Assembly: GCA_964016885.1 (NCBI GenBank)
Contig: OZ024740.1
Span: 172,980,001 to 173,044,000, forward strand
DNA length: 64,000 bases
Direction of reading: 5' to 3'
Source of the DNA: Eledone cirrhosa
Lineage: Eukaryota
Shown here: piece after piece, positions 58,432 to 64,000 of the stretch
How the letters are laid out: each line of letters starts with the position of its first letter
Numbering within the stretch: the stretch's first letter is position 1
The notes under the pieces: model-generated
Told to the model about the DNA's origin: nothing
What the model saw: only the letters and a program-made list of their open reading frames with translations
The model's database searches: none
Translations under genes and position numbers: made by a program

Positions 58432-59136
58432 TCTCTTCTTGGTTGGCCATCGTAAACGATGATGACATCTTCTTTATTGTTGTTCCCATCTGCCGTGGGC
58501 ACGAAGGTGGCTGTGAAGGCCGATCCTTGACTTGCAGGTCCGGGGACAGTGGAAGAGACCGGAGTCAGACCGGCAACTCCCAGAGGTTACCTGCAGCTCT
58601 CGCCCATCGCCGCAGGGCTTTGGGAGTGCACGCTAAAGAAAAAACCTGTGCGGGAAAGGTTTATAGTGGAGGGCCAGTGCACAGTGACGGTCCCACTCAC
58701 TCGGCCGCAGAAGCCAAAATCCGGTGGTACGGAGGACTGTCACGACCAGGGACTTCCTTGGCTGCAGTGGATGGCCACGACGTTTGTAGTGCCTTGCCGT
58801 GCCCTAGCGCTCCACACCGCTTGCTGAGGCGCCTTTGTGACCGTTAGGACGATGTTGTCCTCCTCCACTCACTCCGCTGGGTCCAGTCTTCGCATGCAGG
58901 CGCAGGCACCCCCTATCTAACTCACCGGGGGTTTCAGACCCGTCCGGCTACGCTCAACCTGGTTCGGCCCGCCAGCCAAGGCGGTTTACCGGGGTGTGGC
59001 CACTGTCGCATGCTACAGCTTCTTGGGACCACAGGTGAGAGCTGAGTGTCAGGTGGGACCCAATGCAGGACGAGCTGTCCTGAAAAGGGCATGGCTAGCC
59101 CTCCCTACAGAGGTACATGCCCCTCCCTGACACCCC
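58432..59136 (-). mobile_element. GC-rich RTE-derived non-autonomous element with a candidate HDV-like ribozyme
   Basis: Structured leader beginning GGGGTGT; 3' hairpin CATCGTTTACGATG and AAG tail. Confidence 0.6.
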
Positions 59137-59398
59137 AGGCATATACACACGCATAACGCATATGCATATACATACATATGTACATGTGTATATACATATT
59201 TACACATTTTTGGATGGCCGTTGACTCCTATGAGTTCTTCCGCCATTCGTCAGGTTTTGTTTTTTGTCCTGCAGGGTGTCCAAAATCACCCTCCTCACCA
59301 AGCAAACATGGAGGGGTTGCCAGTTTAGTCGCCGACGACCTGACCATGCGACAGGTTGTACTGGTTTACATGTTACCAGTAGCACTCAAGAGTGACCT

Positions 59399-59400
<2 letters not shown>
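59137..59400 (-). mobile_element. RTE-leader module, near-identical to 29990-30245
   Basis: Direct sequence match. Confidence 0.8.
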
Positions 59401-59462
<62 letters not shown>

Positions 59463-59547
59463 TTGCTTGACGCTCTAACGATTCTGTCATTAATGATGAT
59501 GATAATGTTGATGGTGGTGATAATGTTGATGGTGATGATGATGGTGG

Positions 59548-59584
<37 letters not shown>

Positions 59585-60015
59585 GAAGAAGGGGAAGGGG
59601 GAGAAGGTAGAAGAGGTGAGTTAGATATAGATCTATATATATATCGAAATGATAAAGATACGTGATTATGATAATAAGTCATGATGATATAAATATGAAA
59701 CAAAGCAGAAATGCAAAATACAAACATACATATAAACAAAAGCAAGAAAGATAAACCGAAGAGAAAAGAGAAGAGGAAATGTTATACCATATTGTAAACT
59801 TGAACATAATCAAGCTCTTAAAGGAAATTCTACTGGAAGCAAACTAATTAACTGAAGCAATACGCTTAGCAGAATTAAGGGTAAAGACAAAGGCAGATTT
59901 AGCCTTCGGTTTCTTGGAAATAATTCTGCCACAAAGAAAATTAACTGATACTTCGCAATCGATTACAAAAGCCCTGGTTGAGCATAAAAGTATAGGTATA
60001 CACAAATATGATATA

Positions 60016-60810
<795 letters not shown>

Positions 60811-61345
60811 ATGTGTGTGTTTGTGTATAATACATACATACATGCATACATACATACATATATACATGCAAACATACATACATACAAACATATACATACA
60901 TACAAACATATACATATATACATAGAAACATACATACATACATACATACATACATACATACATACATACATACATACATACATACATACATACATACATA
61001 CATACATACATACATACATACAATGGAAGAAGCAATAATAGAAAGAACAACACTACCGTTGATAATGAAGACAAAATATTATTAGAGAAAGAATGACAAT
61101 AAAATATGGTAAAAAAGTGCAACGTCCTTCAGTGATTCTAAAGATAGTTTAATCATGTTGAGGTGGAAGAATTTCTAACGATATTGTTGATGGAGGTAGA
61201 TAATTGTAATTGAGTCGTTTGGTTTTGTCAACCTCTTCCCATTGTGTGTGTGTGCAATAAACGACAATACACTATCACTGCCATATATGGAGGTGTGTAT
61301 TATGTATGTAGAAAAGGGGTACATTGTTTGTGTGTGTGTGTGTGT

Positions 61346-61417
<72 letters not shown>

Positions 61418-61602
61418 GAGGTGTGTGTGTATGTCTGTGTGTGTGAATATGAATGAGTGGCAGTTTATATATATATGTGTGTGTGTGTATGTGTGTGTTT
61501 AATCACTTAATATATATATATATATATAAATATTAAGCTCTAAGAAAAATACTTCTGAGCATTACATTACAATATATATATATATATATATAGCATTACA
61601 TT

Positions 61603-61663
<61 letters not shown>

Positions 61664-61671
<8 letters not shown>

Positions 61672-62026
61672 GTGAGGTTTTTTTTACAAAATGAAAAATA
61701 ACCGAGGTGTCCTACACGAGTGGAAGTATAAAGAAAAAGGGATGAAATCGAAAATGCAACTGAAGTCTTATTTTTTTTAAAAATATATATATTTATTTGG
61801 TTCCTTTACCGGTTTCGCAGTTCTTCTGCTTTTCAAAAGGTGAGTTGAGATGGAGGGTCTGTGGTTTTTCTCACATCTCACAGATGTGAGAAAGACCACA
61901 GACCCTCCATCTCAACTCACCTTTTGAAAAGCAGAAGAACTGCGAAACCGGTAAAGGAACCAAATAAATATATATATTTTTTAAAAAAATAAGACTTCAG
62001 TTGCATTTTCGATTTTATCCCTTTTT

Positions 62027-62032
<6 letters not shown>
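61664..62032. mobile_element. Family D fold-back element with two U3-A8 hammerheads
   Basis: Arms around 61882; HHR minus 61803-61840 and plus 61920-61957. Confidence 0.85.
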
Positions 62033-62079
<47 letters not shown>

Positions 62080-62081
<2 letters not shown>

Positions 62082-62265
62082 TAAGTTATTCCGGATTGTA
62101 AGGTACTCAATACATAGCAGAGTATAAAAGTTTTAATATAGATGAGATTCTACAGGACTAAAACTGTTTCATTCTTTAGAAATCATCAGGAGTCCCTGAG
62201 ATTCCTGATGATTTCTAAAGAATAAAACAGTTCTAGTCCTGTAGAATCTCATCTATATTAAAACT
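62080..62265. mobile_element. Family B fold-back element
   Basis: Intact core on minus (about 62146-62192); the plus copy has GAAA>AAAA. Confidence 0.8.
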
Positions 62266-62329
62266 ATATATATATATACACATATATATATATGAAAACT
62301 ACTACTACTATATTCATCCATTTCTTTGT

Positions 62330-63090
62330 GGTGATATGATGAAACCTTTCCATGTCACACGATCCAACATTAAATACCTCAGTTCTTCACCGAATAACTC
62401 TGTATCATCTCTTTATTGTCTTAAGGAATTTTCCGAGTTTGCATTTTACATTAGTGGGCTTCCATAGTAAAAGATTTGCAGCAGATTTGTTGCCTCTCAT
62501 GACATGACCTGCAGGCCGAAGACGCCTGATATCGATGGTATGGCTAGTGTGTCGGAGGTTACAGTAAAGAATTTTATTTGTAAGACGGACCAAAGTTTTG
62601 ATGATATTTTATCCTTCTTAGCATTCATGTGTAGCATCTAAAGCTTTGGTGATAGGTATTGCCACCGACCATGTTTCACAGGAATATAGTAAGATTTATT
62701 CCACTGTAGTTTTGAATAATCTAACTTTTTTTTTTGTGGTTATGTTAGCTTTCCACACCTTATCTAACGAGTTCAGAGCAGATCATACTTGTGCTATCCT
62801 GTTGTTTATATCATTTGACGAGTTGGTGTATGCGCCGCCAAGTTATTTGAAATCATCTACTTTTTCGAGAACGGTATTGCTTAATGGTTTGATGTTTGTT
62901 GCTTGATATGAGTTGATCTTCATGTATTTAGTTTTGTTGATATTTAGGAAGAGTCCCATAGCTTGAGTAGGAACTTTTAGCTTGTGTAAGAGATCCTCTG
63001 CCTTAGTGAATCTGCACATTAGATATCATCAGTGAATTCCATATCTGCTAGGTGTTGTGACGGATGTCCCGTGCTTCTCTTGTTTTGAAG
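62330..63090 (-). pseudogene. RTE-group RT C-terminal fragment
   Basis: LADMEFTDDI, GLFLNINKTKYM, VDDFK.LG and RLRPAGHVMR in broken frames. Confidence 0.7.
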
Positions 63091-63169
63091 GATAAAGTCA
63101 TCCAAAATAATCAATAGCAACACGTAATGCATAATTAAGTACGATGATAAATAAATACGAATAAGAAAA

Positions 63170-63441
63170 TAGAATGAGAAAACATTACACCAATACAAAG
63201 GGAGGAAACATAATATCACTGATGATGTCACAGGTGTGTAACAAAAGAACTCTGATAGACTATATTTATATCTATATTTTTAACAGATGGTCAATCAATG
63301 TTAAACAATGATAGTCAGCTGAATTAATTATAGAATTATAAAATATACTGAAGCGAAAACCAACCCCAACCAAACAGTGAATGTGTTTTACTATATATTT
63401 CTAGCAATATTATAACATCACCCTCCCCAAATATAACAATA
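63170..63441 (+). mobile_element. Diverged family E element
   Basis: ATCA CTGATGA TGTCACA GGTG TGTAAC AAAA GAAC TC TGAT at 63215-63256; end ACCCTCCCCAAATATAACAAT. Confidence 0.6.
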
Positions 63442-63674
63442 AATAAATACACCTTTCCCATTTCTTTCAAATTGCTGGCCTTGTACCAAAATTAGAAACA
63501 ATTAACATCATCATCATCATCATCATTATCATTGTTTTAAGAGGCTTACCGATAAGAAACTTACTTGATTCTAGAATAATGAATCGCTATCACTCCTTGA
63601 TTTTCGTTGTTCCCAATGGCAAAACACTTAACTCTACTCAGCTAATAGCTTCCTGTCTAATTATTTTCATGTGA

Positions 63675-63858
63675 ATTGGCAGTATCGGTAAAGGGTCGGA
63701 CGCCATGTTTTCCAGCATAGTTACGTCCCTTTACGGTCTGAGTTCAAATCCCGTCGAGGTTAACTTTGCCTTTCATCCTTACCGGGTCGTTAAAATAAAG
63801 TACCAGTTATGAACTGGGTGATTGCTGGCCTTGTGCCAAAAGTAGAAACAATTATTTT
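63675..63858 (+). mobile_element. SINE S1
   Basis: TGGCAGTATCGG..GAGTTCAAATCCC..GCCTTTCATCCTTACCGGGTCG. Confidence 0.85.
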
Positions 63859-64000
63859 CAGCTAACTTCATTTCATTTCCATCTTTGTTTCGTCTCTCAT
63901 TGACTTATGTGTCCTTTCACTAAGTGTATGTATCGTTTGATTAACCTGTCTGTCGTTTAACTACCTCAGTGGTCTCCAACATTTTTTCACGATACGAAAT

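Noticed and set aside
58389-58847. 152-aa and 92-aa GC-rich ORFs
   Set aside because: Antisense to an RTE-derived element; no recognisable domain
59830-59995. Protein-like stretch [30 protein letters not shown]
   Set aside because: Short, with an upstream in-frame stop, no clear acceptor and no recognised family
63967-64000. CAGTGGTCTCCAAC, a hAT-like TIR start
   Set aside because: Partner TIR and TSD lie outside the window

Overview
Eukaryotic, very AT-rich, repeat-saturated non-coding DNA. The repeat content resembles octopus/coleoid cephalopod genomes; this is an inference. No intact host gene is supported, and almost all ORFs in the track are microsatellite artefacts (YI/CV/HT runs). 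Real content: (TA)n, (CA)n, (CATA)n and (GTA)n microsatellites; about 15 copies of a tRNA-derived SINE; decayed RTE, CR1-like, Tx1/L1-like and HERO-like LINE fragments; an open R4/Dong-type CCHC+RLE endonuclease fragment sitting in (CATA)n; a Neptune-type Penelope GIY-YIG fragment; and three MITEs. The main signal is a set of at least 10 unrelated families of short (100-450 bp) non-coding elements. Most abut (TA)n tracts, many are fold-back (inverted partial duplicate) structures, and they carry type I hammerhead ribozyme motifs (about 20 complete or near-complete cores), mostly with a palindromic mini stem III. One family has a compensated U3-A8 core (UUGAAAA) whose core-to-cleavage-site sequence is identical in six copies. 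A candidate HDV-like ribozyme marks the 5' end of an RTE-derived element. All folds were read by eye and none was computed or tested.
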